NCBI GenBank assembly: GCA_036172245.1
Contig: JAYWIR010000005.1
Coordinates: 1,736,001-1,800,000 of the forward strand
Direction of reading: 5' to 3'
Length of the DNA: 64,000 nucleotides
From: Raillietiella orientalis
Taxonomy: Eukaryota
Both the position numbers and the translations under genes were made by a program. Below the pieces are notes generated by a model. The model did no database searches, was not told where the DNA came from, and saw only the letters and a list, made by a program, of their open reading frames with translations. This document shows, in pieces, positions 23,700 to 35,149 of the stretch. Numbering within the stretch: position 1 is the first letter of the stretch; every line of letters begins with the position of its first letter.

Positions 23700-24900
23700 T
23701 GCGGCCGATTTAGCGAACACTATGACGAGTCTGGAACCGATGGGAAGCCGGGAGGCGCCTCTTCCAGACGAGCAGACAGCACCGATCCTCGTCAGACGCG
23801 GGCAAAGATAAGTCGGGATCCTCTCGAACCGGAAGCAGCTCTTTCGCTTCGGCAGCTTCGAGGTCGCAGTGGTGGGGCTGATTACGAAAAGCGAGACAAG
23901 AGGGCACCCCGCCCTTTCTGAGATCCGCTTCTTTTGAAGGCACCGCTTGCGAATGTGCGTCATCCGAAGAGGTTTCTCCTCCGCAGTCAGCAGTTTGTTT
24001 GCTCGTGGACCTGACGTGGAAGCCAGCTGATGCACAGCGACTCGGGTTGCCACGACGCTTCCATTCCTCATCACTTTTCTCGTCTACCATTTCCCACTGC
24101 CTTGGTGGCATCTGAAAAGCAGCTCAGCCTCGAAGATCACAAGGCGATTTCTCTTTTGTTTTCTTGCAGCTCTGGTTGATTTTTAGTGGTTTTGGGTTTT
24201 CACTTCATAAACTGCATCGAGAGGATGCACAGATGTGGAAAGTTTAAAGAACGGCGGCTTCGCGGTCGATCCGCGACGAAGAACCTCATCTCGAGGCTCT
24301 GCAGAGTGGCATCTTCTCAGATACCACACAAACACTTTGGGGATCTTCAATACAGGATGATGAAACACATGTACCGGTCCTGCAGAGCGCTATGCGGAAG
24401 ATTCCAAAGCAAATTAGTGAAAGAATCGTCACGCTCCGCAGAAGATCAATGGGGAAAATTTCCAGTGAAAGAACAGGGCGGTCCATAACCGTTCGGTAAC
24501 GTCAAGGAAACGAGCCTCAACACAAGAAGCATCGTCTCACGATTCAAGTGATGGAAGGGTGAGGAGGAAGGATTCCCGACGCGTGCTCTTTCAATTATCC
24601 TTACTCGATTCTGTCCCTGAAAGCGATCCGATGGTCATCTGTCCCCGAATGATGGCAGAGCATTTTGTGATTCATGGCGTTAATGAAATCACTTCAGGAG
24701 GATCTCGCACGTTTCTTTGCGCAACTGCGACTGCTAAAGCAGTGTTCAGGAAGTGTATTCCTACTGTTTTCATGACACTCATCAAAATTTGTGCTAGAGG
24801 TCCAAATGTCGGTACAGCAAAAGGGTAATCATCAAGCCTGAAAAACGATAGCATCTCATGAGGAATCACGGAACCAAATCTTCATCCTGTAAGAACGGTT
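23700..24900 (-). mobile_element. Decayed LINE RT fragment
   Basis: CSAIIRGQMTIGSLSGTESSKDN (pre-RGxRQG region) and VWYLR (KYLG-like) remnants on the minus strand. Confidence 0.4.
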
Positions 24901-24917
24901 TAAATTCCCACGTTGCT

Positions 24918-25287
24918 TCAGACCATCCAACAATCCATGTGCTCTTAGTCAACGGCAACCCATCTGATGCTAGCAGGTCACCTCCAGGTAAGGAAAAACA
25001 CTCCACGTGGTCCTAGCTTGTGACCGCTACGTAAAGAAAAACAACAGCAGTCCACTTCGCTCGTCACCTCCACGTGAAGAGGAACAGCCTACATTGTCCT
25101 AGCGCGTTATCTCCACGTGAAGAAAAACAACAATCCATGTGATCTTCGTCCGTGACCTCTATGTAAGGAGGAACAACAGCAGTCTATGTGATCCTCGTCC
25201 ATGACTTACATCCAGAGGCGGGCAACAGTCCATGTGATCCTAGCCCGTGACCTCCACGTACAGAAGAACAACAGTCCATGTGGTCCC
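24918..25287 (+). repeat. Minisatellite (~42-45 bp unit), left arm of foldback-like element
   Basis: About 8 degenerate units of gtcca(c/t)gtg(a/g)tcctagcccgtgacctc(c/t)acgt(a/g)aaga(a/g)(a/g)aacaaca. Confidence 0.85.
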
Positions 25288-25995
25288 TGCCCCTGGAGTT
25301 CGTTGAGAGGTGGATCCTTTATGAGCCGGAGGCCCTCTCCGGGTTGGCTTGCTGAGCCCGTTCTCCAAGTATTGGTGCGCGTCATTGGGAGAAGAGGGGG
25401 GGAAGGGAGGTGATGGCAGGAAGTCGAGCTGTGGCCGGTGCCGCGGTCAGCCTCGATGCCGACGTGCCGGGTCACGCGAGGTGAGTAGGTTGTTGCTGTA
25501 TTGCGCGGGAATGAACCCTGCCCGCATCCCCTCCTTTTCGCCTCCAGAACCAACCGGATGCGGGGATTGCGCTGATTTTCCCACTTTGTCACTGGAGCAG
25601 AGTCCAGTAAGAGATCCAGGAACATTCCCGTCAAGCAGGTTCCCACTTCCGATTCATCGGTTCCGGTTCTCGGTTCATTCTGGTAGGGAGTCCCGACTTT
25701 ACTGATCGCTTGTCCTCTCACCCACAGCTCTCTTGGATGATGCGAATGAAGTGGTTGCCGTGGTCATCGATTGTTCCTACGGCTGTCATCTGGAACCCAC
25801 CCTTCTGATCCGTCTGATCTGGAACAACCGGCACAGTCCCTCGGAAATGTCTTCCTTCCTTCCGCTAGTACGAGCGGATGACGTTTCCTTCATGATTCAC
25901 CTCCTCGGAGAATGCCTCTTTCGCTCTTCATCCACTTGTGGGAACATAGACTGTGGAAAAAAGTGGTTGGTATTAGATTCGTGTGTTCGTCTTTG

Positions 25996-26308
25996 CATAG
26001 AGGTCATGAGCTAGGACCACGTGGACTGCTGTTCTTCCTCACGTGGAGGTGACGGGTTAGAATTACGTGGACTGTTCCTCTTCTCGTGTGGGTGACGAGC
26101 AAGGATCGCATGAACTGCCGTTGCTTTTGCTTACATAGAGGTCACGAGCTAGGGCGACGTGCACTGTTCTTCCTTACATGGAAGTCAGGTAGAGGTCACG
26201 AGCTAGTTCACGTGGACTGTTGCTCCTCTTCACGTGGAGGTGGCGGGCTAGCATCAGGAGGTGGTTGCCGCTCGCTAACAAGAGCACGTGGATTGTTGGG
26301 TTGCCTGA
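25996..26308 (-). repeat. Same minisatellite in inverted orientation, right arm
   Basis: Units gaggtcacgagctag...cacgtggactgttgctcctcttcacgtggag, plus outer segment gctagcatcag...agagcacgtggattgttgg that is reverse-complementary to 24918-24985. Confidence 0.85.
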
Positions 26309-26649
26309 TGGATGGGCATTCCGACGAAAAATACCAACGCGAACCGAAATAACCCTCTCCAGGGGAGATTCAGTCCAACTCACCCCGTCCTTGATGGATG
26401 GCACCCCACCCAACAAGAACTCACGCCCTAGTCTGAGTCGGACACTCGGATTCCACCCTACTCTCTCTCAATGCAGCAGAGGTTCCTCCCCCTGAGAAAC
26501 GCAAACGGAGGTAAGGTGAGCCACCTTTTGAGCCACAGCATCCGCATCGCTTGTCTTCAGGAGCTGGGGGGAGGGCGTGATGGATCAGCAACAGCTGGCG
26601 GCGAAAGTTCGTGCTCTTCCGTCGTCTCCGTTCCTGCTGAATCCCGCAC

Positions 26650-27225
26650 TGGCGTCCTTGCGGCTGCGGCCTTTGCGCAGGGCACCGAGCGTCGCGGGTC
26701 CAAATCCCGCCCGAGGAAGAATTGATGCACCGAGGAATGAGGGAATTCCAATTCGCCCTCCAGGATGGAGCTGGCTGGTTTATTCGGGTGCGGTGTTGGT
26801 GGAAGCTGTAGCCCTCCCGGGTGCCCCCGTTCGCTGGCCGGGATGGGAAGCCGACTCTCCGGCGTCCTTCAGGGGAGCCCTTAGGGTTTCTCCTCCGAAT
26901 GTCGAAAAGGAAGCTCTCCTCCCCCTCAGGGAGGACCCTTCATCGCGTACCATGGAGCTGGTTGATAACTGCTTCGAGGGGTTGCCTCTCCAGAGAAAAA
27001 GAAGCACTCACTCTGCTCCCTTCAGAGAAACCAGGAAGACGTCCCTTTGAGGTTCTCTTCAGAGGAGGAAGGAACCAAGAGTGGATTTCCTATGGGAAGA
27101 AATGAGAAGTGGTCCCCTTTGGGAGGACCACCGACCCCTCCGGACAGAAGAAGAAAGGAGATCCCCTTCGGGATTCCCTTTCGAGACAACCCGGATGAAG
27201 GGTCCCCTTCGGGGTTCCCTCCCAA
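26650..27225 (+). mobile_element. SINE family copy
   Basis: Head gcagggcaccgagcgtcgcgggtccaaatccc. Body ctccccctcagggaggaccct...cgcgtaccatggagctgg... very similar to 1-130. Confidence 0.78.
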
Positions 27226-27726
27226 GTGCTGCTTAGCTATCCGAGAGCTGAATCGCGCCATTCTGTGTCCCCTGTTTCTCCCCAGAGTTCTTCTTGTACT
27301 CATGCGCGATACCTTGACTGCCGGCGCCAATTCGTACTAGGGGTCCGTCAGTGCTTGTCCCGAATCTCCAGTGCCGCATGAGATGGGTGCCGGCTTCCGG
27401 ATGCAGGAAGCTTCTGTTCCTCGAAGCCTGCAATTCAAAAGATATAGATGGAGTGAAAGAAAAAGGTGTCTTGTTCCCTCCCCCACATCACGCAAGCATC
27501 CAGGATTTTCGTGATGCTCCCACTAAATCCAAGATCCTGATGAACCAGCGTCCAAGATTTCGCGGTTTCGAACGCCTGCGGTCTTTTTTCCTCCCAGAAT
27601 CCTCCCGCGAATCTCCACCTTGAAATTCGGCATCGAGGGAATTCCTCAGTTTCTCTCCTCCCCAGCTCCTTTGCGCAGATGCATCATCTCCGTCGGTTAC
27701 ACCGTGCTCAACATGGTTTCCTAGTA

Positions 27727-29140
27727 TAACACCCGGTAACGGCGGGGCGTTTCTCATAAAAATACTAAACATATAGGTGTAGGGACATCGGCCCCACATT
27801 GTCCGAAACAGTTCGGAACCTGCCGAGTAATGGGCACGCCGGCCGGCGAGGTTCGCCTCAGCAGCGGAGGAAGCAAACAAAAATAAAATAAAAACCAACA
27901 ATGATAATAATAATAATAAAAACTCTGGGGATCAGGAAAAGGGATGCTGTCCTCTGCATCCTTTCCAGGATGGCGGCAAGTTTCATCCGAGTGTGATCCA
28001 GGTGGGGTCATCTTGCTGCCGTCCGCAGGGAGCGCAGGGCAAAGGGCAGGTGGGGTCCCTATCGCGCCGTCCTTCTTTCGCGTAGCTCCGGACTGCGGCA
28101 ATCCCGCGTAGGCAGCATCAAAGAGCAGCTGGGGATGCGGCAGGCGAAAGGGCATCACGCACGAAGAGGCATCCCTGGAATTGTCCGTCGGTGCACCAAG
28201 GGCCGTTGTGTAACGCAATCTCAGGGGCCGGTGGGCAACACAGTGTACGAGCAGGTGCGGGAGCTAGGATTCGCGTTCCCCGCACCTGAAACAGTTGGGG
28301 TGCACAGCCTTCCGGGTCCAGTAAGACCGGCAAGCGTTGCACGGGAGGTCGCAGTGCAGCAGCAGAAGTGCCGACTCCTGCTATTTCAGGGGCAGGGCGC
28401 GGTTGTTCCTCAGCGCTGGGAGCCACTCAAAGTCTCGCTGTAGATTCCCAGCAGCTCACCCCAGCGCAATAGTCCTTTCGGTGAGGCAGTTGGAGTGGCA
28501 GCGTCCGCGAGCTGGTCCGTGGTGCAGGCACCTAATTTCTCCTTCCGAAGACCTACTTCAGAACTGCGCTCCCATTTAGACATTTGTGGTTACTGCCCAG
28601 GTGCTCCTTAAGGGAGGACAGCAACGCGACAAGGGAGGTTCTTTGCGGCCACGCACACGTGGTAGGCTGCATGATGACGTCCTGCAGCGAGCTGTTGTCG
28701 TAGAAAGAGCGCAGCAGTCGCTGCCTCATCTCCGGTCTGGTTTCGTCGTGTCCTTGGCCCACGTGCGAACGGTTTCGTTCAGCCAAGCACTGTCGTTCGT
28801 GGATCGGCAGGAGGTCCGGTTGTCGATCGTGGTCAGCGTGACCACTCGCCGGAGTTCCAGTCCGCAGCTGGACACTTGGGTTTGCGCCGGCGCGCTAGGA
28901 ACGAAAACAGTCCCGTGTAGCCGGTGGCTCGCTTGACCAGGTGTCGTGTAAGCTCGCACCAGTTTGTGCTCCAAAGCTTCGCCACTAGGGCAAGCATCCT
29001 CCATGGTTTCCTGGTGGGACCTTCGGAGGTGTTCGCGGACTCGTTTACTCGCGAGGCTGAGCGGAGGATCCGATTGGCACCTTTTGTGCCGAGGGGTCGG
29101 AAAATTTTGGAAACCAGGCCGCCCAGGGCAATCGATAACG
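27727..29140 (-). mobile_element. LINE 3' portion (ORF2 C-terminal CCHC region + 3'UTR); 27727-28904 duplicated at 57435-58612
   Basis: LLLLHCDLPCNA...PNCFRCGERES-PHLLVHC, (tta)n-containing UTR, terminal gccccgccgttaccgggtg. Confidence 0.8.
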
Positions 29141-29144
29141 AGGC

Positions 29145-29420
29145 AGATATACATATCCCTGTCCATCTGTACCTACCTACAAACTATCCTGCATACGTAT
29201 CTCTGTCATATACAGAGGTAAATGATTAGATATGGATAAAACTTCATCTCTGTCCATATCTATTGTATCCATATCTCTCTCATCCATATCTCGGTGTAGG
29301 AATTTACACATATACAGGTCCCTTATCGTATATGTATATAGACTATATCCATATCTTCAAGAAGATGTAGATCTAATATGGATCTGGATTTATAAATATG
29401 GAGATTATTCACATGTGACT
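29145..29420. repeat. Degenerate AT-rich (TATC/ATAT/ATCC) low-complexity tract
   Basis: Repeated atatc/tatcc/atata words; sharp drop in GC relative to flanks. Confidence 0.6.
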
Positions 29421-29929
29421 GCATGCAATAACTGCTATTTGGAAGGTTCACTCTTGACAGGAGATGACGTGTCCAGTGTTTCCGATACCGGGTGTTGGAA
29501 GACACACACACACGTGTCCCTGTGCATCCGTATGTATCTACATATGTACCTACCCGAGAGAGTGTGAGCGTTCTCCTGTGAGTCTGTGGCTCTCTCACAT
29601 GGTAGTGGATGCTGCATTGGAGCACACCGTCATCCCCTACCTAATGTTCCGCCTGCTTCTCGGGAATTTCCGGTTTTCCAGACGTTTCACCCATCCTGCG
29701 ATCCCAGAGATCCCGCGACGATGGCAATTCAGGTCACAGACACTCCTTTAGAGGCGAAACGGAGGACCACTTCTCTCTATTTGTCCTCCTTCTTTCCACG
29801 TGCCTCTTCCAGAGACGTTGCTAAGTACCTATGCAGGGAAGCAATCTCCGGTTATAAGCACTGTTTCTTCCTCTCCCCAGGACGAAGCGCTTGGTCGCCC
29901 CGGTGGGTGCATCGTGGGAGGAGATGGGC

Positions 29930-30036
29930 GACTGAATCCGCCTGAAAATCATTAGGGGCAGGCACTTCAAGTACCTTGGCGTACCATTCGGGGACTTTTG
30001 CACTGCAGAAGCGCGGTCTGCCTGCCTTCAGAAGAC
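29930..30036 (+). mobile_element. LINE RT thumb fragment
   Basis: GRHFKYLGVPFGDFCTAEARSACLQK, homologous (inverted) to 31588-31690. Confidence 0.7.
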
Positions 30037-32590
30037 TTTTCACCCAGTTGCTTGGGGGCATTTATTTTAATGAGAACATAAAACTACAAAAAAAAAAAAA
30101 ACAAGGAACGCAGTCCCCTGTGAATTTAAAAAAAAAAAGGAAACAAAAAGTTCATCAGTGGAGGACTCGCCGATTCGCAGGGCGAGGAAGAAATTGTCTG
30201 CACCATTGAGGGGGTGAGGAGGTAGACAAATAATTGGTGGGGTGAGGATGGGAACATGGGGTTTGCTGCCTATCTTCTACATCCTTCGTGCGATGTTGCT
30301 GATCTCCCTGCTGACTTCCTGTTTCAGATGAAGCTACCTGCATGCTTTCTTTAGGAAGACCCTAGAGATGCAGGCAGCCTCTCACCCTCGCTTCTGCAGC
30401 GAGGTATCAAATGGTGAGGATTCTGCGGACGCAACACTAAGTCGCGATCAGGGAGGCAGAAGAGCGCCCGTCTCGACTGAAGAAGAGGCTCAGACGATCA
30501 TCAGGCGCATCTTTTAAGTAGAGAAGAGCCTATGACAGCTTCTTCAACAGAGGACGGATGACGCCGCAGTCCATCAGCAGATGGGAGAGCGATTCGATCT
30601 CCTCTCAACCGGCACACTCCGCAGACGCACTCCGTCTCTTCACGTGGCACATGCGTTCGTTGCACGGAAGACCCCAATGCAAGAGCAGCACCACGTCGTG
30701 TTGCCACCAGAGGGGAAGGACAGTAGGACACAAAGGACAGTAGTCTTTGGATACAGGGGAGGGACAAAAAGTTCTTCCGGGAGCACACTCAAGGTGTCGG
30801 CCCACAGGCAAAGTCCCTTCTCCTGGAAACAGGGCGTACCCGCGTCAGCGAGCACCATCGTGGAGCAGCTGCTTAGGAGTTTTTGCTCTCCATCGATGTT
30901 GCAGGAGAATTCTCACCTCGCCGTTAGGCAACTGTCATTGCTTTCCCATAGGGACAGCACTGAGGCTAAAGGTGTGGCGGATGTGCGAGCCAACTTGGTC
31001 GGCTCGTCGAAGATTCTCTGCCGGAGCATCCTGCCGAGACACCGAAACGAAACGAGATCTTCCGCTCTAGTGCTGGTAAGCCGAGCCCAAGTGTCCAAAG
31101 ATTCCTGCAGCCAGGCATTCAAGTTCACAGGGAGGCAGGAGATGTACTTGTTGCATTCCTGCAGGGAGGCAAGCAGCTCCAGTTTCATCCATTTCCGGTT
31201 GCGGAATGGCAGGGACGCTGATCCTCCACAACCAGATGCTCACCGCAAAATGCGGCTAGCGGTAAGAAATCATTGCTGGTTCCATGTCCTCTTCATAAGG
31301 ACGAGTCTTCGAAAATAGAGCTGCAGTTCCAACCTTTCCAGCGTAATGATGCCGAGTCCGGCATCCCTCCGAGGCGCAGCAATGTCTTTGAGGCGGATGC
31401 AGATCCGCAAAGAGCTCCAGAATGCTTTATTCAATAGTCCGTCGTCGGTCCGTTTTCTCGCCTCAGAGGCGGAGGAACAAGCAAAAAGAAGCGGTCGAAG
31501 GAGGGGAGCCACGAAGAGTTCCAGGTCGAGAACCGCTCCGGCAGATAGGACCTGTTCTACAGGAACAGGCCAAGAGCCTTTGCTTTTTGAAGACAGCCAG
31601 ACCGCGCTTCTGCAGTGCAGAAATCGCCCACTGGTACGGCCAAGGTAATTGAAGTACCTGCCCGTGGGGATTCCCAGGCGGATCCAGTCCGGCTTCCCTT
31701 CCTTAAGAATGCAGAGATTGCTCCCGGCCTATCCCTCGACAAGTTCGTCTTGACGGAGCAGAACTCCATCTGGAACACTTCTGTTGCTCCCCTTCTCTGC
31801 CCTTCAGTTTTCGTTTACCCATCCCCTTATTCAGTGAAGATCCGGGAGCAGCACATCCTAAGAAAAGCCTTGTGGGGAGCTGCAACGTACCGTATCCAAC
31901 TGAAAGACTCGGTAACGCCGCACCAGGATACCGGCTTAGACATCTTGACCATCCATAGGATCGTCAGATCATCCATAGGATCGAACTGACGTGCAGTTCC
32001 AACTTTTGACCCTTTGTAGCAAATTTTGGACTTGTCATTGGAATACTCTGGCACGCCTCATCCTCCGGCGATGCATCGAAAGCGCAAGACTCCTTTTGCT
32101 GCTGCCGCGCAACTTACTTAGGAGGACTAGATTTGGCTATCCCCTAAGGCATCTATCCTTATTTTTGGTTGCTGACCCATAAATCACCTGCTGCCTTCAA
32201 ACCTTAAACGCCTTTCAGCAGGAAGCACTAAAGTCCTGGGTTACCACTCTGGAATTGAGCACAGGGGAACTACGTCCGCTGCGGAAACTCCTATGCAAGC
32301 CGCTGGGAGATGTTTTGCGGGACTGGACGGAATGGTCCTGGATAGCCGCTATACCCTTTGCCACAGCACTGTCTGCCCTCAGGGCAAACAGTGACGGCAG
32401 CGAACCGGCGGAATGGGAGTTCTGCAAAATTGCAGGAGTCGAGAAACTCCTTGACGGCTGCAAGACGAGTGGGTTAGTGAATGCCACCACTCTAACCCTG
32501 ATTCTGGGAGAAGGGACTCCTCCAGTGGAGCGACCCCTGACAGAACTCATGTTCCTTTCCCTATGAGGACACTTCCGTGTTCCCGCACCT
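30037..32590 (-). mobile_element. Decayed LINE: RT through CCHC and 3' terminus
   Basis: MDDLTIL (YADD-like, ~31960), GRYFNYLG (~31650), APRRDAGLG (PKxxGGLG, ~31360), LLLHWGLPCNER and ESLSHLLMDC (~30690-30565), terminal aataaatgcccccaagcaactgggtgaaaa at 30066-30037. Confidence 0.78.
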
Positions 32591-32639
32591 TTGGAAATCA
32601 CAGGATGTTCTGCTGCTTCTCCGCAGCGGAGATTCCAGC

Positions 32640-32935
32640 GAAATCAGCGCAGACACCTGCTTTCCGGGAAAGTTGCCTCCCTCAAATGTCTCGAGATTTC
32701 TGAGGCCTTCTCTCACTCAAGGAGAGCTAAAGATGGACTCTGTGATTGCCGAGCCCTTCCTAGATTCATAGGGAGGTCCCATATCATGAAGAGTTACACA
32801 TACCTTCGATGGAGTGCAACAGTGTTAAAGAGATGCGTGAGCCTCCAGGCTCGAGATAGCTCTTGAGGTACTCAGCGAACCCCGAAAAAAAACTGTAAGA
32901 AAAAGGATCCCAAAAGGGTTTCCATCATCCTTGTG
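32640..32935 (+). mobile_element. SINE 3' fragment
   Basis: gagcccttcctagattcataggg...cagtgttaaagag...gaggtactcagcgaacc...agggtttccatcatcc. Confidence 0.65.
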
Positions 32936-32939
32936 CTTC

Positions 32940-33668
32940 GAAGAACTCGTGGTCGCTCCTCTGTGTGTGGAAACCTTTGTATTTCCTTTCTGGTGGTAAC
33001 GGGATGTTTTGCTGCTTCTGAGCCGGGGGGATTGCAATGCAATCAGCGCAGACGCCTGGCTCCCGGAGGAGTTGCTTCCCCAAAATGTCGGAGGTGCGGG
33101 GCGATAGGATCGCTCCCGCACCTTCTGTTGGACTGCAGTACCCTCGGGGACCTGTAGGGGAGACTCGCTCTGCCACTCCGACAACCGCAGGACACCGCTT
33201 TGGACCAGCTGCGACACGTCTTCACAGGAGGCGGAATGAAGAAGGACTCTGTGATCACAACAGTCGGTTGCATCCTCTCCATAGTGACAGATCGCCATGC
33301 ATTGGCGTCTCGCTCGCAGAGAAAGGAGGCCACCAGCATGGAAGCCGCCTTCATCAGGACGACTGCAAGGTGGTCTCATCTGCCACAAGAAGTCATCAGT
33401 GAGATCGCCGCCATACACAGCCGCTTCTAAAAAAAAAAAGGAATGAAGAAAACCAATGATCCTTGTCCTTATCCCATTGTCCTCTTTTTATTTATTTATT
33501 GTCCGCTCCATCTTTGCCTATTTTTTTAGGAGTCGGCTTGCGCCCCAGTAGTCATTCTCAATGAACTTCTGTTTTTTTTTTTTTGGCTACTCTTACATTC
33601 AGAGGACGCCGTTTCCCTATCACTTGTGGTTTATTTTTTTAAATAAATGTCCCGGCGTCACGAGGTAC
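32940..33668 (+). mobile_element. 5'-truncated LINE 3' end
   Basis: PKCRRCGAIGSLPHLLLDC zinc knuckle, FIRTTARWSHLPQEVISEIAAIHSRF* stop at 33430, T-rich UTR, terminal aataaatgtcccggcgtcacgagg. Confidence 0.8.
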
Positions 33669-33723
33669 CTCTCCCCCTGCATCACCAAACGCATTCCTGG
33701 AAGAAGGCAATTCCCAGTGTTTG

Positions 33724-35000
33724 TTTTCACTCGGTCACGCCAGAGAGTTTATTTAAAAAAAATTTTTTACAAAAAAGACAGTGATATAAAATATGAAATG
33801 TTTTCGTAGCCGCTTCACATGACCACTACGAAGGGAAATGCCTTGGAGGAGCTGCTTCTCGTGAGCAGCTTCCTCGATGAGGTCCGCTGAAGAGGAGTAA
33901 ACAAAAACAAAAAAAACACATACACACACAAAAGTTCAGACTAAAAATGTTTGGGGAGGGAAAGCAAGGGATAACAGATTTCTTCCTTGCGTCTGGAGGG
34001 TGTTCGTAACTTCCTCCTTTTGCTGGCCGGAGATGTGGCCATCTTGTCGCCTTCCTCATGAAGGAGCAGATAATTGCGCTGACCTCACCGTTCGACTGGC
34101 TTCTTTCGGCACGGTTTCTCGCCGCCGTGGTCCCACGAAGGCAGCACAGATGGGCTTCAAGGGATGCTGAAGGCGATATCAAGTCGCGCATGAAGAGGCA
34201 CCGCAAGACCTCTCTGCTGTTGTCCGTTGGGAGTGGGAGAGACTGCAGCGAAGCGTTCTCAGGCACTCAGGAGGGCAACGCAGCCCAACAACAGGTGAGG
34301 GAATTGCGGTTTCCCACTTCCCTGGCACAGTCCGAGGCTACACCCCCTCTTGTCTAGTGGTGGACTCGTGAGTTGCACAGGATCACCCAGTGCAACTGCA
34401 ATGCCGAGTGCTGTCATTTCAGAGAAATTTCAGAGAAACGTGAAGCTGTCCACAAACACTGTCTGTATCTCTGTCTCTTCAGAAGGAATGTCTAGATGGT
34501 TCCACCCAGCGACGAATTCCTCTGAAGAGGAGACGAGGGTGCATGCGTCAGCCAGTTGACGCGCCGTCCAGCATCTCAGCTGCTTCCTTTTTCCTGCGAT
34601 CTCGCAGGATACTTCCCATCTTGCGGGCACATCGGTATTTCCACTTTGTCGTATGGTGTGCAGCGTGGCTGCAAGTGGTGTGTTCCGCGCCCAGGTGGTG
34701 TTCCGTGGGCAGTCAATGATTTCCTGCAGCAAGCAGCGAGCGGTGTTTAGGGAAAGTCTCTGGGTCCGTGCGGCAATGGTCCGCTTGCTGACGCATCTGT
34801 TTAGGATGCGACCCAGCGGTTCGCAGCTCCTGCGCGAGAGGTCAGCGACACCCTCTGTTGAGTGCTGTCCGCTCAGGCCAAGTCGCGCGACATCGGGGCA
34901 TCTGCAGTCCGCGATCTGCTGGTGTCCGCCGCTGACACGGCCTTTCCTGAATCCAGACGTCTTGCAGCAAGAGGCGTCCGCGCTGCCCTTTCACTGAGCT
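33724..35000 (-). mobile_element. LINE 3' portion, tail-to-tail with the previous copy
   Basis: LQEIIDCP...ARWEVSCEIAGKRK homologous to LQEILEDP...RWEVTVEISGRRK; FPHLLLGC; FMRKATRW; terminal aataaactctctggcgtgaccgagtgaaaa at 33753-33724. Confidence 0.78.
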
Positions 35001-35149
35001 GAACGCCACGCTCGAGGCAACTTCCTACCTCGTGCGCACGTCGCCGGATGCAGAGTCCTCGGACATGACGCCGAGCGCTTCTTCCTCGAACGTCGATTCC
35101 TGACTCCATTCATCCGTCGGAGCAACCGAAGGTAAGCCAGGCATGGAAC

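Noticed and set aside
24918..26308. CRISPR-like array
   Set aside because: Units are contiguous degenerate tandem repeats without unique spacers, the context is eukaryotic, and no cas genes are present.
33405..33445. Minus-strand tttttttttag as a splice acceptor implying an intron-containing retroelement
   Set aside because: The conserved coding frame (CCHC, C-terminus, TAA) is on the + strand; the tract is the start of the 3'UTR.
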